A stretch of 64,000 nucleotides of DNA from Gemmatimonadales bacterium (GCA_041615815.1 JBFJCP010000003.1:1-64000), one strand, 5' to 3'; positions 18,982 to 30,287 are shown, counted from the first letter of the stretch. Made by a program: numbers and translations. The notes: generated by a model not told the origin, from the letters alone.

Positions 18982-20427
18982 ATGCTGCACAGGACCCACG
19001 ATTCGGAACGAACCCCATGTTCGCGGGTTTGCCAACCCACGGGTTGGTCCTCGATCGCGCTCGCCGTCCTCGCTTGCCTGGTTGGTTGCAGCGGCGAAAC
19101 ACCCCCCAACCGCGTCAAGGAGGCGTTTGCCCAAGCCGCCAACCTCGAGATTGGGGAGACGTCGGTCGCCTTCCGGTTCCCCACGGCGGCGAGAGCACCA
19201 GTTCAACTCTACCAGCTACCCTCGCTTGCGCCCCTCAAGTGGGACTTCAACCCCGCCACCTCGCCTATCACCCAACCGGTGGGATACGCGGAGGGCGAGG
19301 ACCTGATGTACGCGCTCACCCAGGCCGGGCAGTTCGTCGCGATCGATGTGGCAACCGGCCGGACACGCATCCTGGACACGGCGGTGGTCCACGCCGCGCT
19401 CGGCCCCACGGGTGTGCCCTTTCTCGTCCGTCGCGACGGTTCCATTGTCCGCGTCAGCCGTCGTTCCCTCGCGCGATGGTCGACCACCGTGCAGCCCCTG
19501 CCCGAGCGAGTCTGGGCGGCGGCCAGAAACCGACTCGTCGCGCTGGTGGTCGAGGACTCGACACGGCTGCTCCTCTCCCTCGCCGATGGGCGCCCCACCG
19601 TGACGCATCGGATCCCCGACGGTCCCATCGCGGTCTCGTCCTGGGGTGATGCCGCGGTCGTCGGGTCCGATTCCGGCCTCGTGCTGTACGCCACGGCCGA
19701 CTCCGGAGGCGTCGTGTTCGAACGGGTTCGGCCCGCCCCCGGCCCCGTGGCCATCTCGTCCGCCGCGCACCAGGTGTACACCGTGGACGCGGAGGATCGT
19801 CTCCTCGCCTACGACCGCTTCGAGTTGCGCCGACTCCGCCGCGTCGAGCTTCCCGGACCGGCGAGCGACCTGCGAACGGATCCCCTCGGGCGCCTCCTGC
19901 TCGTGCGGGCGGCGGACCGCGACTCCATCTGGATCGTGGACCTCGTCGCATGGGAGCGGGTGACCGCCATTGCCGGTTCGTGGGACACGGACCTGCCCCT
20001 CGTGGCACCGGACGGCACGATCGTGGTGCGACAGGGTGAGGACGTCGTCGCAGTCAGCGGCGGATCCTGGACGGTGACCGACCGTGCCCAAGGCGGTGCC
20101 ACAGACCGATGGAGCACCGTGGCATGGAACCCCCGCCGTCCAACCATCCAGATGGCCCGTGACACCCTGGCAAGCGTCGCCCCCACCGGCGGCGCCTTCT
20201 ACGTCCAGGTCAGCAGCACTCGTAACCGGGCGTGGGCCGACGACTTTGCCCAGAACCTCCGCCGGGCAGGCATGGACGCGAACGTACTGCCGCCGCGCGA
20301 CGCGGACGATCTCTATCGGGTCGTCTTGGGCCCCTATCCCACCCGGGAGGCAGCCGAAGCAACGAGCCGCCAACTCGGACTTCCCTCCTGGATCACGACG
20401 CGAGACACCACCTCGGGCATCCCGTGA
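18982..20427 (+). CDS. Putative lipoprotein with beta-propeller-like region and C-terminal SPOR domain
   Basis: LVGC lipobox; FYVQV..LYRVVLGPY..REAA SPOR signature. Confidence 0.7.
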   Translation: MLHRTHDSERTPCSRVCQPTGWSSIALAVLACLVGCSGETPPNRVKEAFAQAANLEIGETSVAFRFPTAARAPVQLYQLPSLAPLKWDFNPATSPITQPVGYAEGEDLMYALTQAGQFVAIDVATGRTRILDTAVVHAALGPTGVPFLVRRDGSIVRVSRRSLARWSTTVQPLPERVWAAARNRLVALVVEDSTRLLLSLADGRPTVTHRIPDGPIAVSSWGDAAVVGSDSGLVLYATADSGGVVFERVRPAPGPVAISSAAHQVYTVDAEDRLLAYDRFELRRLRRVELPGPASDLRTDPLGRLLLVRAADRDSIWIVDLVAWERVTAIAGSWDTDLPLVAPDGTIVVRQGEDVVAVSGGSWTVTDRAQGGATDRWSTVAWNPRRPTIQMARDTLASVAPTGGAFYVQVSSTRNRAWADDFAQNLRRAGMDANVLPPRDADDLYRVVLGPYPTREAAEATSRQLGLPSWITTRDTTSGIP

Positions 20428-21707
20428 GCCCTGAGACGGTCCCCCGATCTCATCTTCGTGAAGCTATTCCGCGGTTGCTGGACAACCACACGGTCGTGCT
20501 TCTGGCTCCCGCGGGGCCCGATCTCGCATGGGCGGCGGACGCCGCGTGGGAGCTGGCGCGTGCGGCGGCCGCTCGCGGGCGCCGAGTCGCGCTGGTCGAT
20601 CTCTCTGTGGAGCACCCCGCGCTCCATCAGGGAGGTGGGACCGCGGAGGGGATCGTGGACGCGTTTCTGTACGGGGCATCGCTCCATCACGTGGCCCAAC
20701 CCCGGCAGCCCACCGGCCTCTATTACATCCCTGTCGGAACCCTGCCTGAGGACCCACCGGCGATCTGGGGACACGCGCGATGGCCACGCTTGGCGCGCGG
20801 GTTCGCCAAGGAGGGCGCCCTGCTGCTCTTGTTCGTACCCAGGGAGGGATGGCGCCACTTCCCGACCTCGCCGGACCGGATCATCACCCTCGGCGCGCCG
20901 CCGGACAGTGTGGTCATGGCTGACGAGCCCACCGACGAGGTCCCGGGCGTTCCCATTAGCCACGTGGTTCCGGATCGTCCGTCGACCAAGATCGAGACCG
21001 CGCCGCTCACGGCCTGGGCGTCCCGCTCCATCGGGGGGCGACGCCCCTCGACCAGATTGGTGCGGGGAGGCACGATTGGGATTGCCGTCGTGGTCCTCGT
21101 GGTCGCCAGTATGTTCGTGGCGCGATGCCGGAGCCAGCAGCGTCCAGAGCCCCAAGGCAGCGGCGAGGTTCCCACCGAGCCGGCGGACCCCGCGCGTGCG
21201 GCCGGGACGGTCATCGAGCGGGAGCGCACCACGGATTCGCTCTACTACGCCGTGCAGGTCGCGTCGTTCAAAACGCCGGAGCGGGCGTTGGAGCACGCGG
21301 CGGGCTATCGTGAGCGCGGTTGGCCCGTAACGCTGGTGCCGGTGCGGTTGGGATTGCAGGGACTGTGGTTCCGAGTCGTTGTTGGCGCCTTTCCCAATGC
21401 GGCGGTTGCCGACTCGGCGCTTCGGCGGTTCTATGTGCAGGGGCTGCTCGAACGCCCCTACGGAACGATCCTCCGGACCCCGCATACGTTGGTCATCAAG
21501 ACCGTCCCCGACAGCGCCGGCGCGGCGGCTGAGGTCGAGGGGCTACGGGATGGTGGAATCGCTGCCTACATTGTGAAGGCGCCGGGCGGCCATCAGGTCG
21601 CCATTGGCGCCTTCGAGACCCCCGAACAGGCACACTATATGGATTCGATCCTCACCCAAGCCGGGCTCGCCGCCACCATCGCGACCCGTGCCGGAATCGT
21701 GCAATGA
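20424..21707 (+). CDS. Membrane-anchored SPOR-domain protein with degenerate P-loop-like N-terminal domain
   Basis: GTGA overlap; GRRVALVDL, one TM, YAVQVASF..WFRVVVGAF and a second HQVAIGAF SPOR-like repeat. Confidence 0.7.
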   Translation: MSPETVPRSHLREAIPRLLDNHTVVLLAPAGPDLAWAADAAWELARAAAARGRRVALVDLSVEHPALHQGGGTAEGIVDAFLYGASLHHVAQPRQPTGLYYIPVGTLPEDPPAIWGHARWPRLARGFAKEGALLLLFVPREGWRHFPTSPDRIITLGAPPDSVVMADEPTDEVPGVPISHVVPDRPSTKIETAPLTAWASRSIGGRRPSTRLVRGGTIGIAVVVLVVASMFVARCRSQQRPEPQGSGEVPTEPADPARAAGTVIERERTTDSLYYAVQVASFKTPERALEHAAGYRERGWPVTLVPVRLGLQGLWFRVVVGAFPNAAVADSALRRFYVQGLLERPYGTILRTPHTLVIKTVPDSAGAAAEVEGLRDGGIAAYIVKAPGGHQVAIGAFETPEQAHYMDSILTQAGLAATIATRAGIVQ

Positions 21708-24700
21708 AACTGACACGCATCGAGCTTTCTGGCTTCAAGTCCTTCGCCGACACGGTCGAGCTGCCCTTCGGCAACGGCATTACGGCGATCGTGGGGCCCA
21801 ACGGATGTGGAAAGTCCAACATTTCCGACGCCGTCCGATGGGTCTTGGGCGAGCAACGGGCGCGACTGCTTCGCGGGGCCCGGATGGAGGAGGTCATCTT
21901 TCACGGATCCACCAAGCGCCGTCCCATCAGCATGGCCGAGATCACGATGTACTTCGACAACAGCGATGGGGCATTGCCGATCTCGTACAACGAGGTCGCG
22001 ATCAGTCGTCGGCTCTCTCGTTCCGGCCAGAGCGACTATCTCCTGAACCAAGCGCCGATTCGACTCCGGGACCTGCAGGATATGCTGCGTGGCACCGGGA
22101 TGGGTAGCGACGCCGGCGTGGTGATTGAAGCCGAGATGATCGATCGTCTGCTCTCGGATCGTGCCGATGAGCGGCGATCGTTGTTCGAGGAAGCGGCCGG
22201 CATCGGCCTGTACCGGGATCGCAAGGCCAGCACCGAGCGGCGGCTCAAGCAAACGGCCGAAGATCTGCAGCGTTTGGACGACGTCATCTCCGAGGTGCAA
22301 CGGGAGGTCCGAAGCCTCGCCCGCCAGCGTGGGAAGGCTGAGCGTTACCGAAAGTTCACGGACGAGCGCTTTGCCGTCGTGATGACCTTGACCCGGCGGC
22401 GTCTGCGACAGTACGACCAGCGAGAGGCGCAGCTTCGTGAGGAACGCGCAGACCTCGACGAGCGCATTCCCCAACTGCGGGACCAGCTCGGTGGGCGTGA
22501 GCGTGAACGCGAGACGAAGGTCCAGGAACGGGCCACGGCCGAGGCCCGGCGTACCGAGCTCGAGCGGCGGCTGGCAGGGACCCGAATCGAAGTCGAACGG
22601 CTCGAAGGTGACATCCGGCTGTCGGGCGAGCGCCTCGAAAACGCCGCCGCGCGAACGACGCGCGCCCGGGAGGAGCGGGTGCAGGCCCAGGCGCGAGCCG
22701 CGCAGGCCGAGCGCGAGCGCGAGGCCGCGGAGACTGAACTCCGCGCCGCCGAGACAGCCCGCGAGTCGGTGCAGACGGAGCTCGATCTCCGATCGGCGAG
22801 TGAGGAGGAAGTGCGCGAACGCTTCAATCAGCATCGAGCGCTAGTTCGCGAGCTTGAGGGGGCGTTACAACAGGAAGCCGAAAGCCAGCGTGCCCTCGCA
22901 GGAGAGCGGACGGCGTTGGAGCGAGAGCTCGAAGGTCTCCGCGCCGAAGCCATCGGCGCCGATGAACGCCGCCGGCAGGCGGAGCGGGAACACGACGCCG
23001 CCCGCCAGGAGCAGGAGACCGTTCGGGAGGGATTGAGCGCCGCCGAGATCGATGAGCGGGATGCCTCGCACGCGTTGGAGCGGGCGCGCCGGCATCTCGC
23101 GGCAGCGAGAGAGCAGGAGGCCGCGGCACGGCTGGAACGGCGCAGCGTCGAGGAGTCCATCGCGCAACTCTCCGCGCGGCGGGAGGCGCTCGATGAGCTG
23201 GAGCGCAATCGCGAAGGGCTCGCACCGGCAGCTCGCGAGCTCCTGCGCATTCGAGACCAGTTCGGATCCGGGGCGATCTTGGGTCCGCTCAGCGACTTCC
23301 TCCGAACGTCCTCGTCCGCGGCGGCGGTGGCCGAGCGACTCCTCGCAGACTGGCTCCATGCCGTGTTGGTCCGAGATCGCGCCGTCGTCGACGACATTCG
23401 GGCCTGGCATCAAGCCACGCACGGTCCGTTGGTGCTGCTGCCCGTGGATCCGGGACCGGTGAACGTGAGCGATGGCGATGGACGGACGCCCGACCTCTCG
23501 GTTCAGGAGCCGGCGCGCCGTTGGGTGCGCAGCATTCTCTCCGGTGTGGAACTGATGGACGACGAGGGCGCGGCGGTGGTGCAGTCGAACGGGGCCGTGT
23601 ATCTCGCTGGGCGAGGGATCAGCGGGCCGCTCAGCCGGCGGGCGGAGTTGGACACGCTCTTTCGCGATGTGACCGAGGCGGAACGGCGCATGCAGTCCTT
23701 GAGCCTGACGCTCGAGCAGGCTGCCGCCGCGCACGGAAGCGCCGAGAGTGTGCTGGAGGCGGCCCGAGATCAGCTCGAGCGATCGCGCAGCGCGCTTCGA
23801 GAGGCGCAGGGCGCCGCCGACGAAGGGAGTCGCCACCTCCACCGTGCCGAACGGGAGCGCACCGAGCGCCAAGAAGCGCACGAGCGTCTCCAGCAACGGA
23901 TTGGCGAACTGGAGACCCGTCTCCAACGCGTGTCGGAGGACCTCGAGAGCGGGGCGGAGCGACGGAGCCGGTTGGAGGAAGATCTCGACCAGCAGCGCGA
24001 GGCTCTCGACGACCTCGAGAAGGCACAGGAGTCCGCCCGCGAGCGTCGGGTGCACTGGCAGGTGGAAGAGGCCCAGGTTTCCGCCCGCGAACAAGCGGCC
24101 CGCGAACGGAAAGAGCGAGCGGAGACGGCACTTCGGGAAACCACGGCCGAGATGCGGCAGCTGGAAGAAGAGATCCAGACCACCGAAACCAGCACCGCGG
24201 GCCTGGCACAGCAACGCAGTGAATGGCAGGAGGCGCTGACCGAGCGACGGGTCACCGTCCAAGAGCTCGAGGTCGCCGCCCGAGACGCCGAAGAGGCCGT
24301 CGAGGCAGCGGCCAACGAGCTAGTGGCCGTGGAGCACCTGCGCGACGAGACGAGGGCCGAGCTGGAGCGCTTGGGGGAAGAACGGCACAAGCTGGATCTG
24401 GAGTTGGCCGAGGCCAGCGGCACACGCCGGGCACTCGTCGAGCGCGTCGAGGCGGAATGGCACAAAGGGATCACCACGCTCCTGGAGGAGGCACCGGAGG
24501 TGGAGGGAGACACCGCCGAACTGGAAGAAGAGGCAGACCGGCTCGCGCAGACCATCGAGACGTTGGGTCCGGTCAATCCCCTGGCCGTCGATCAGCACGC
24601 CGAGGAGGTGAAACGCCTCGAGTTCCTCACCGGACAACGACAGGACTTGGTCGAGGCGCAAACGTCGCTCCAACGAGCGCTTCGCGAAATCGATGAAACG

Positions 24701-25180
24701 GCGCGCGCCATGTTCGTCGAGACCTTCGCAGCGATTCGCGAGAATCTCCACAAGGTGTTCCATACGCTCTTCGAGGGCGGCGAATGCGATGTGCAGCTCG
24801 CCGATGAACACGACCCTCTGAATTGCGAAATTGACATCCGGGCCGCTCCACGCGGGAAACGGACGCAACGCATACATCTGCTCTCCTCCGGTGAGCGCGC
24901 CCTGGTGGCCATCTCCTTCCTGTTCGCGATCTACCTCACGAAGCCAGCGCCGTTCTGCTTGCTGGACGAGGTCGATGCTCCGCTGGACGACGCGAACGTC
25001 ATGCGATTCGTCCGGCTCCTGGACGAGTTCAAGTCGGAAACCCAATTCATCGTGATCACCCATAACCCGCGAACCATGCAGGTGGCGGACGCGGTCTATG
25101 GCGTGACGATGCAGGAACCTGGCGTCTCCACGATCGTCGGGGTTCGTCTCGGCGAGGAGGTCGAACCGGTCGCGATTTGA
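21704..25180 (+). CDS. smc: Chromosome segregation protein SMC
   Basis: GFKSF, GPNGCGKSN, long coiled coils, LSSGE, LLDEVDAPLD, ITH. Confidence 0.96.
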   Translation: MKLTRIELSGFKSFADTVELPFGNGITAIVGPNGCGKSNISDAVRWVLGEQRARLLRGARMEEVIFHGSTKRRPISMAEITMYFDNSDGALPISYNEVAISRRLSRSGQSDYLLNQAPIRLRDLQDMLRGTGMGSDAGVVIEAEMIDRLLSDRADERRSLFEEAAGIGLYRDRKASTERRLKQTAEDLQRLDDVISEVQREVRSLARQRGKAERYRKFTDERFAVVMTLTRRRLRQYDQREAQLREERADLDERIPQLRDQLGGRERERETKVQERATAEARRTELERRLAGTRIEVERLEGDIRLSGERLENAAARTTRAREERVQAQARAAQAEREREAAETELRAAETARESVQTELDLRSASEEEVRERFNQHRALVRELEGALQQEAESQRALAGERTALERELEGLRAEAIGADERRRQAEREHDAARQEQETVREGLSAAEIDERDASHALERARRHLAAAREQEAAARLERRSVEESIAQLSARREALDELERNREGLAPAARELLRIRDQFGSGAILGPLSDFLRTSSSAAAVAERLLADWLHAVLVRDRAVVDDIRAWHQATHGPLVLLPVDPGPVNVSDGDGRTPDLSVQEPARRWVRSILSGVELMDDEGAAVVQSNGAVYLAGRGISGPLSRRAELDTLFRDVTEAERRMQSLSLTLEQAAAAHGSAESVLEAARDQLERSRSALREAQGAADEGSRHLHRAERERTERQEAHERLQQRIGELETRLQRVSEDLESGAERRSRLEEDLDQQREALDDLEKAQESARERRVHWQVEEAQVSAREQAARERKERAETALRETTAEMRQLEEEIQTTETSTAGLAQQRSEWQEALTERRVTVQELEVAARDAEEAVEAAANELVAVEHLRDETRAELERLGEERHKLDLELAEASGTRRALVERVEAEWHKGITTLLEEAPEVEGDTAELEEEADRLAQTIETLGPVNPLAVDQHAEEVKRLEFLTGQRQDLVEAQTSLQRALREIDETARAMFVETFAAIRENLHKVFHTLFEGGECDVQLADEHDPLNCEIDIRAAPRGKRTQRIHLLSSGERALVAISFLFAIYLTKPAPFCLLDEVDAPLDDANVMRFVRLLDEFKSETQFIVITHNPRTMQVADAVYGVTMQEPGVSTIVGVRLGEEVEPVAI

Positions 25181-27447
25181 AGCTCGCCCGCCTGACCCTT
25201 GCTCTGATCGCCGGCTTCGCGCCGGCGATCCTCCACGCGCAACGACCCACCGTGTCCGACGCGGTGGAGCGCCTGCTGGGGCGCGATACGGTGGTGACCG
25301 TCTGGATGTTCGGCAGACCCGACGTCGGGCTGACCGACCTGGAGAACCTCGTGGTGCGCCTGGGAGGCACGGTGCGCCGGCGCAGCAAATGGCTCCATGC
25401 GGTTTCGGCCGACGTACCCACCGCCGGGCTCCGGGCAGCTAGCCAACGACCCGAGCTGCGCCATCTCCAGCCCGTTGCCCGGTTCATCGGCCGGCGATTT
25501 CCGCCGGTGCCGGTCTCACGGCGCCTCGCCGCGCCGGCTGCAGGGCTGGACTCCACGTTCGGCGACGGCGCCATGCCCTTGCGACGCCTCAATCTGTTTC
25601 CATTGGTGGCCCGCGGCTTGACTGGCGTGGGCGTCACGGTTGCCGTGCTCGACACCGGCTTCGAGACCGAGCTACCGGCGTTCTCCGCTACGACGGTGCT
25701 CGGTCAGTACGACTTCGTCTTCAATGACTCCATCGTCCGCAACGAGCCGCAGGACTCCTCGACTGCCTCTCGTCATGGAACACAGGTCTGGTCGCTCCTC
25801 GCGGCCAACCTCCCCAACGAGATCATCGGTATTGCACCGGATGCCGACTATCTGCTCGCCAAGACCGAAGACATTCGGTCCGAGACACGGACGGAAGAAG
25901 ATAACTACGTGGCCGCGCTGGAGTGGGCGGACTCGCTCGGCGCGGACATCATCAGCTCCAGCTTGGCCTACTTCAGCTTCGACGATGGATTCAGTTACCA
26001 ACCGAACCAGCTCAACGGCGATATCGCCGTCACGACGATCGCGGCCGACTCGGCCGCAGCGAGAGGAATCGCGGTGGTCACATCCGTTGGCAACAGCGGT
26101 TCCGGTGGGTTTCGGACCTTGGCGACTCCGGCCGATGGCGATTCGGTCATCGCCGTGGGCGCCGAGGATTCGCTCGGCGTGCTGCAAACCTTCAGCTCGA
26201 AGGGACCCACGGCCGACGGCCGCTTGAAGCCCGATCTCACCGCACCAGGACGGGACGTGTTCGTCGTCGACCCGGTGGCGTCGACCGGATTCGCACGGGT
26301 GGCGGGTACGTCCTTCAGCGCGCCGCTCATCGCCGGCACCCTTGCCCTCATGCGGGAGACCCACCCAACCCTGACGCCCATCGATTTGCTCGGGGCATTG
26401 CGAGGATCAGCAACCAATCGCGCGAACCCGGATTCGTCGAGTGGATGGGGCCGACCGGACGGCGCAGCCGCCACGACGTACCCCCGCGGCGTCGTCGTCG
26501 TCGATCCCCCTGACAGCCTGATGACAAGCGTCACCCCACGGTTCGAGTGGGACGTGCCTGACGTGCCATTCGCTGCGACCCCGGTGACGTATGAAGTCAT
26601 CGTGGCCCGCGATACCACGCTAGCTACGGTGCTTCTCGATACCGTCGTCACCGAGCCGGCCGTCACCCTCCTCGACCCACAGCGCCCGGCCGCGCGCCTG
26701 GCCATCCAGATCACGGTGGTCTCCAGCGATACCGTCCGCTTCGACGCGCCCGTTGCTGGCCCCTTCGTCGTGCCGGCGTGGACCGAGCTGATCACGTTCA
26801 ACAATCCTGCCGGTATCACGATTCGTGACGCCCGTCCCACGTTTCGCTGGTCGTCCCTTGCTGTCGCCGAGCCGCCCGGCCCGTTCCGTTACGACGTGGA
26901 GGTCATCCGCGCCGACCGAGGAACCGTGGAGGCGCAAGGCGAGGATCTGACGGTGCGCGAGTTCACGCCGGAAGAAGAACTCGAGCGCAACACCCCCTAC
27001 CGCTGGCGCGTTACCACGTCCTTGGGACAAGACAGCGTCGTCACGGAGAGCGAGGGGACGTTCCTGATCCTGGACGAGTCGATCCCGACGGTCACGCTCC
27101 TGTTTCAGAATTTCCCCAATCCCTTCCCAGACCCGGTGAGCCTGCAAACCAGCACATGTATATGGTTCGACCTCGCCCGCGGTGGGCGGGTGCATGTCGA
27201 CGTCCTAGACGTCCGGGGACACGTGGTGCAACGGCTCTTTCCCACCGACGGGCAACCGGCCGAGCTTCCCGCCGGCCGATACGGTCGACCCTCCGTGAAT
27301 CAGTCCGGTCAATGCGATCCGCAATTCGAGTGGGACGGCACCGCGAGAAATGGAACCAAGCTCCCACGGGGTATCTATCTCGTGAAGCTCGCGACCCCAG
27401 CAGGGGTGTTCTTCAAGCGAGTGGTGTACTTGGGAAGCGATTTCTAA
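25177..27447 (+). CDS. Secreted S8 (subtilisin-like) serine peptidase with Ig/FlgD-like C-terminal domains
   Basis: Triad AVLDTG / RHGT / GTSFSAP; QNFPNPF..WDG..GIYLVKL tail. Confidence 0.88.
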   Translation: MKLARLTLALIAGFAPAILHAQRPTVSDAVERLLGRDTVVTVWMFGRPDVGLTDLENLVVRLGGTVRRRSKWLHAVSADVPTAGLRAASQRPELRHLQPVARFIGRRFPPVPVSRRLAAPAAGLDSTFGDGAMPLRRLNLFPLVARGLTGVGVTVAVLDTGFETELPAFSATTVLGQYDFVFNDSIVRNEPQDSSTASRHGTQVWSLLAANLPNEIIGIAPDADYLLAKTEDIRSETRTEEDNYVAALEWADSLGADIISSSLAYFSFDDGFSYQPNQLNGDIAVTTIAADSAAARGIAVVTSVGNSGSGGFRTLATPADGDSVIAVGAEDSLGVLQTFSSKGPTADGRLKPDLTAPGRDVFVVDPVASTGFARVAGTSFSAPLIAGTLALMRETHPTLTPIDLLGALRGSATNRANPDSSSGWGRPDGAAATTYPRGVVVVDPPDSLMTSVTPRFEWDVPDVPFAATPVTYEVIVARDTTLATVLLDTVVTEPAVTLLDPQRPAARLAIQITVVSSDTVRFDAPVAGPFVVPAWTELITFNNPAGITIRDARPTFRWSSLAVAEPPGPFRYDVEVIRADRGTVEAQGEDLTVREFTPEEELERNTPYRWRVTTSLGQDSVVTESEGTFLILDESIPTVTLLFQNFPNPFPDPVSLQTSTCIWFDLARGGRVHVDVLDVRGHVVQRLFPTDGQPAELPAGRYGRPSVNQSGQCDPQFEWDGTARNGTKLPRGIYLVKLATPAGVFFKRVVYLGSDF

Positions 27448-27535
27448 ATGTCTGCGACCTCCGCTGCTCCTGCCACTCCCACCACCACGCGTCAGTTCGG
27501 CGCCAAAAGCGCCGGCAGCATTCGCTGATAGACAC

Positions 27536-28315
27536 ATGATCTCCCTCACCGTCATCGGGAGCGGTACCGTGGCGCCATCAGCCCAGCGCACGGCGCCGGC
27601 CCACTGGGTCGAAGTGGACGGCGTCCGGCTCCTGCTGGATTGCGGGGCGGGCACGCTCCATCGGGCCGCCCTCTTCGGCATCCCCTGGTCCACCACGACA
27701 CACGTTGCCATCACGCACTTTCATCCGGACCATTGGGGTGAACTCGCCCTGTTCATCTTCGCCATGAAGTATGGCATCGAACCAGCGCGGTCGGCTCCGC
27801 TGCAGATTGTGGGCCCGGTGGGGCTGCGCGCGCGCCTCAGATTGGTGGCGGCAGCGATGGGTGACTGGGTCCTCCAACCGGGGTTCCCGCTCAGCATCAT
27901 CGAAGTGGGCGCGAGATCGACGCACCTGCTCGCGACCGGGATCGAGCTCGAGACCCATGAGACGCCGCACACACCGGAGAGTCTTGCCTATGGTGTCCGG
28001 ACCGCACGCGCTCGCTTGGTGTACACGGGAGACACCGGGCCTTCGCCCGCGCTCGGGCGCTGGGCGGTGGGGTGTGACCTCCTCCTGGCCGAATGTTCGC
28101 TACCCGATGAGCGAGGCATAGAGGTACATTTAACACCCTCCACGGTGGGGGAATTGGCTCGGATCGCGCGGGCGGGACGTCTGGTGCTGACACACTTTTA
28201 TCCCGTGTTCGGCACTGCGGACCCGGCAGCACTGGCGGCGAAAGTCTTCGGAGGTCCCACCGTCGCCGCGCGAGACGGTGATCGCTTTGTGGTAGGACGT
28301 GAGGAATCATGCTGA
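27536..28315 (+). CDS. RNase Z/BN-like MBL-fold metallohydrolase
   Basis: [29 protein letters not shown]. Confidence 0.8.
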   Translation: MISLTVIGSGTVAPSAQRTAPAHWVEVDGVRLLLDCGAGTLHRAALFGIPWSTTTHVAITHFHPDHWGELALFIFAMKYGIEPARSAPLQIVGPVGLRARLRLVAAAMGDWVLQPGFPLSIIEVGARSTHLLATGIELETHETPHTPESLAYGVRTARARLVYTGDTGPSPALGRWAVGCDLLLAECSLPDERGIEVHLTPSTVGELARIARAGRLVLTHFYPVFGTADPAALAAKVFGGPTVAARDGDRFVVGREESC

Positions 28316-29352
28316 TCGTGATGAAACACGGCGCGACTGCGAACGAGGTGCAGCGCGTCGTCGACGTCATCAAGGAATTGGGATACCAGGCCCGCCCCAT
28401 GCCCGGCCGGCAGCGCACGGCAGTGGGCCTGGTCGGCAACGACGGGAGGGTCGACGAGTCGCGCCTCGCGGCGCTCCCCGCCGTCCGCGAAATCATCCAC
28501 GTCACCCAACCGTATAAGCAGGTGTCCCGCGAATGGAAAGCGGACGCCACCACGGTGCGCCTTCCCGGCGGACTCACCATCGGGGGCCCCGGGATCGTCG
28601 TCATCGCTGGTCCCTGTTCCGTCGAGTCCGAGGAACAAATTCTCGAAGCTGCCCACGCCGTGCGGGCCGCTGGAGCGAGCCTCCTCCGAGGCGGCGCGTT
28701 CAAGCCCCGCTCGTCCCCCTATTCCTTTCAAGGACTCGGCGTCGCGGGGCTCCGCCTGTTGGCCAAAGCGCGCGACGAGAGCGGACTCCTGATCGTCACC
28801 GAGGCCATGGATCCCGAGGGGGTCGACCTCGTCGCGGAATACGCCGATATCATTCAGATCGGCGCGCGCAATATGCAGAATTTCTCTCTCCTCAAGCGCG
28901 CGGGTCGGGTCGGCAAGCCAGTGCTGTTGAAACGAGGTATGGCGGCCACCATCACCGAGCTGCTCCTGTCCGCGGAGTATCTGCTCGCCGAGGGTAACCA
29001 AAATGTGATCCTCTGCGAGCGCGGCGTGCGGGGGTTCGATCAGACCACACGCAACGTGTTCGATGTCACCGCCATCCCGGTCGTTCACGGTTTGTCGCAC
29101 CTGCCCATCATCGCGGACCCGAGTCACGGCACCGGACAGCGAGACAAAGTGATTCCCATGGCGCGGGCGGCGGTGGCCGCCGGCGCGGACGGCATCATGG
29201 TGGAGGTCCACGCCGCACCGGACCGCGCGTTATCGGACGGTGCCCAAAGTCTCTACCCCGGCCAGTTTGCCGATCTGATGGGACAAATCCGGGTGATCGC
29301 GGACGCCATCGATCGTTCGATCCTCGAGCCGCACCCCGCCGTCAGCGCATGA
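28309..29352 (+). CDS. aroF: DAHP synthase (type I-beta with N-terminal regulatory domain)
   Basis: [35 protein letters not shown]. Confidence 0.93.
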   Translation: MLIVMKHGATANEVQRVVDVIKELGYQARPMPGRQRTAVGLVGNDGRVDESRLAALPAVREIIHVTQPYKQVSREWKADATTVRLPGGLTIGGPGIVVIAGPCSVESEEQILEAAHAVRAAGASLLRGGAFKPRSSPYSFQGLGVAGLRLLAKARDESGLLIVTEAMDPEGVDLVAEYADIIQIGARNMQNFSLLKRAGRVGKPVLLKRGMAATITELLLSAEYLLAEGNQNVILCERGVRGFDQTTRNVFDVTAIPVVHGLSHLPIIADPSHGTGQRDKVIPMARAAVAAGADGIMVEVHAAPDRALSDGAQSLYPGQFADLMGQIRVIADAIDRSILEPHPAVSA

Positions 29353-29993
29353 AGACAGCGATCGTGGGCGCGATCCTGCTCCTGGCCAGTCCGGTAGCGG
29401 CGCAGGACGCTGCGGAGGTGTTGGCCCGAGCGGAGCGGGCGTATGAGCGGTTGACCTCACTCGAGGCTGCGTTCGTCCAAACGATCGTGAACCCCATGCT
29501 CGGTGGCCCTGAAACCTCGACGGGCGTCCTCTACCTCCGTCCCCCCAGTGAGTTCGCCATGCGGTTTCGAGACCCCGAAGGCGACCGCATCGTCGTGGAT
29601 GGCACGTGGCTCTGGACCTACGCACCCAGCTCGGTCCCGAATCAGGTGATCAAGCAACCCATTCCGGTTGGGGGCACGGCGACACCCAATTTGATGGCGC
29701 AATTCGTCCAGCGACCTCTGGAGCGATACCAAGCCGCCTACGTCGGGCAGGACACGATTCACGGTGAACTGGTGGATCTCGTTCGCCTGGACCCGAAACA
29801 GAAGGGAACGGGCTTCACGGAGGCGGTGATCGCCGTGGCGCGCCGAGACGGGCTACTCAGGCGAATCGCCTTACGGGAGGAATCGGGCCAACGCCGAACC
29901 CTCGTCTTCGAGCGTCTCAAGCCCAATCATGCCATCGCCAACCGAGAGTTCAGCTTCCAGGTGCCGCGAGGGACACGCGTCGTCACCCCGTGA
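29349..29993 (+). CDS. lolA: Outer-membrane lipoprotein carrier protein
   Basis: Signal peptide, [28 protein letters not shown]. Confidence 0.8.
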   Translation: MKTAIVGAILLLASPVAAQDAAEVLARAERAYERLTSLEAAFVQTIVNPMLGGPETSTGVLYLRPPSEFAMRFRDPEGDRIVVDGTWLWTYAPSSVPNQVIKQPIPVGGTATPNLMAQFVQRPLERYQAAYVGQDTIHGELVDLVRLDPKQKGTGFTEAVIAVARRDGLLRRIALREESGQRRTLVFERLKPNHAIANREFSFQVPRGTRVVTP

Positions 29994-30245
29994 TCCGCGG
30001 TCTCGGTCAGTCGTCCTTCAACACGCGTCCATGACCGGCCCGCGCTCCGAGGCGCGTGCCACGTGGTCGAGGGCGGCTCTCACGATCCCCCCACAGTGAC
30101 CACCCTCGCCCTCGGCGTGCGCGGCCCAACGCCGCCGATTCGCTTCCGACTTGCCCCGCACCACCGGCCCACCCGGGTGTGACCGAGCCGGACCGGACGG
30201 TCCTGCGCGTGCCGACCGTGGAGCAACGCCCGATGGCCAGCACGC

Positions 30246-30287
30246 AAAAGGGCCAGGCCGAGCCACGTACTAGCTCTGCCTGGCCCT
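30246..30287 (-). terminator. Intrinsic terminator after the S41 peptidase operon
   Basis: AGGGCCAGGC/GCCTGGCCCT stem with an A-run on the + strand (U-tail on the - strand). Confidence 0.6.
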
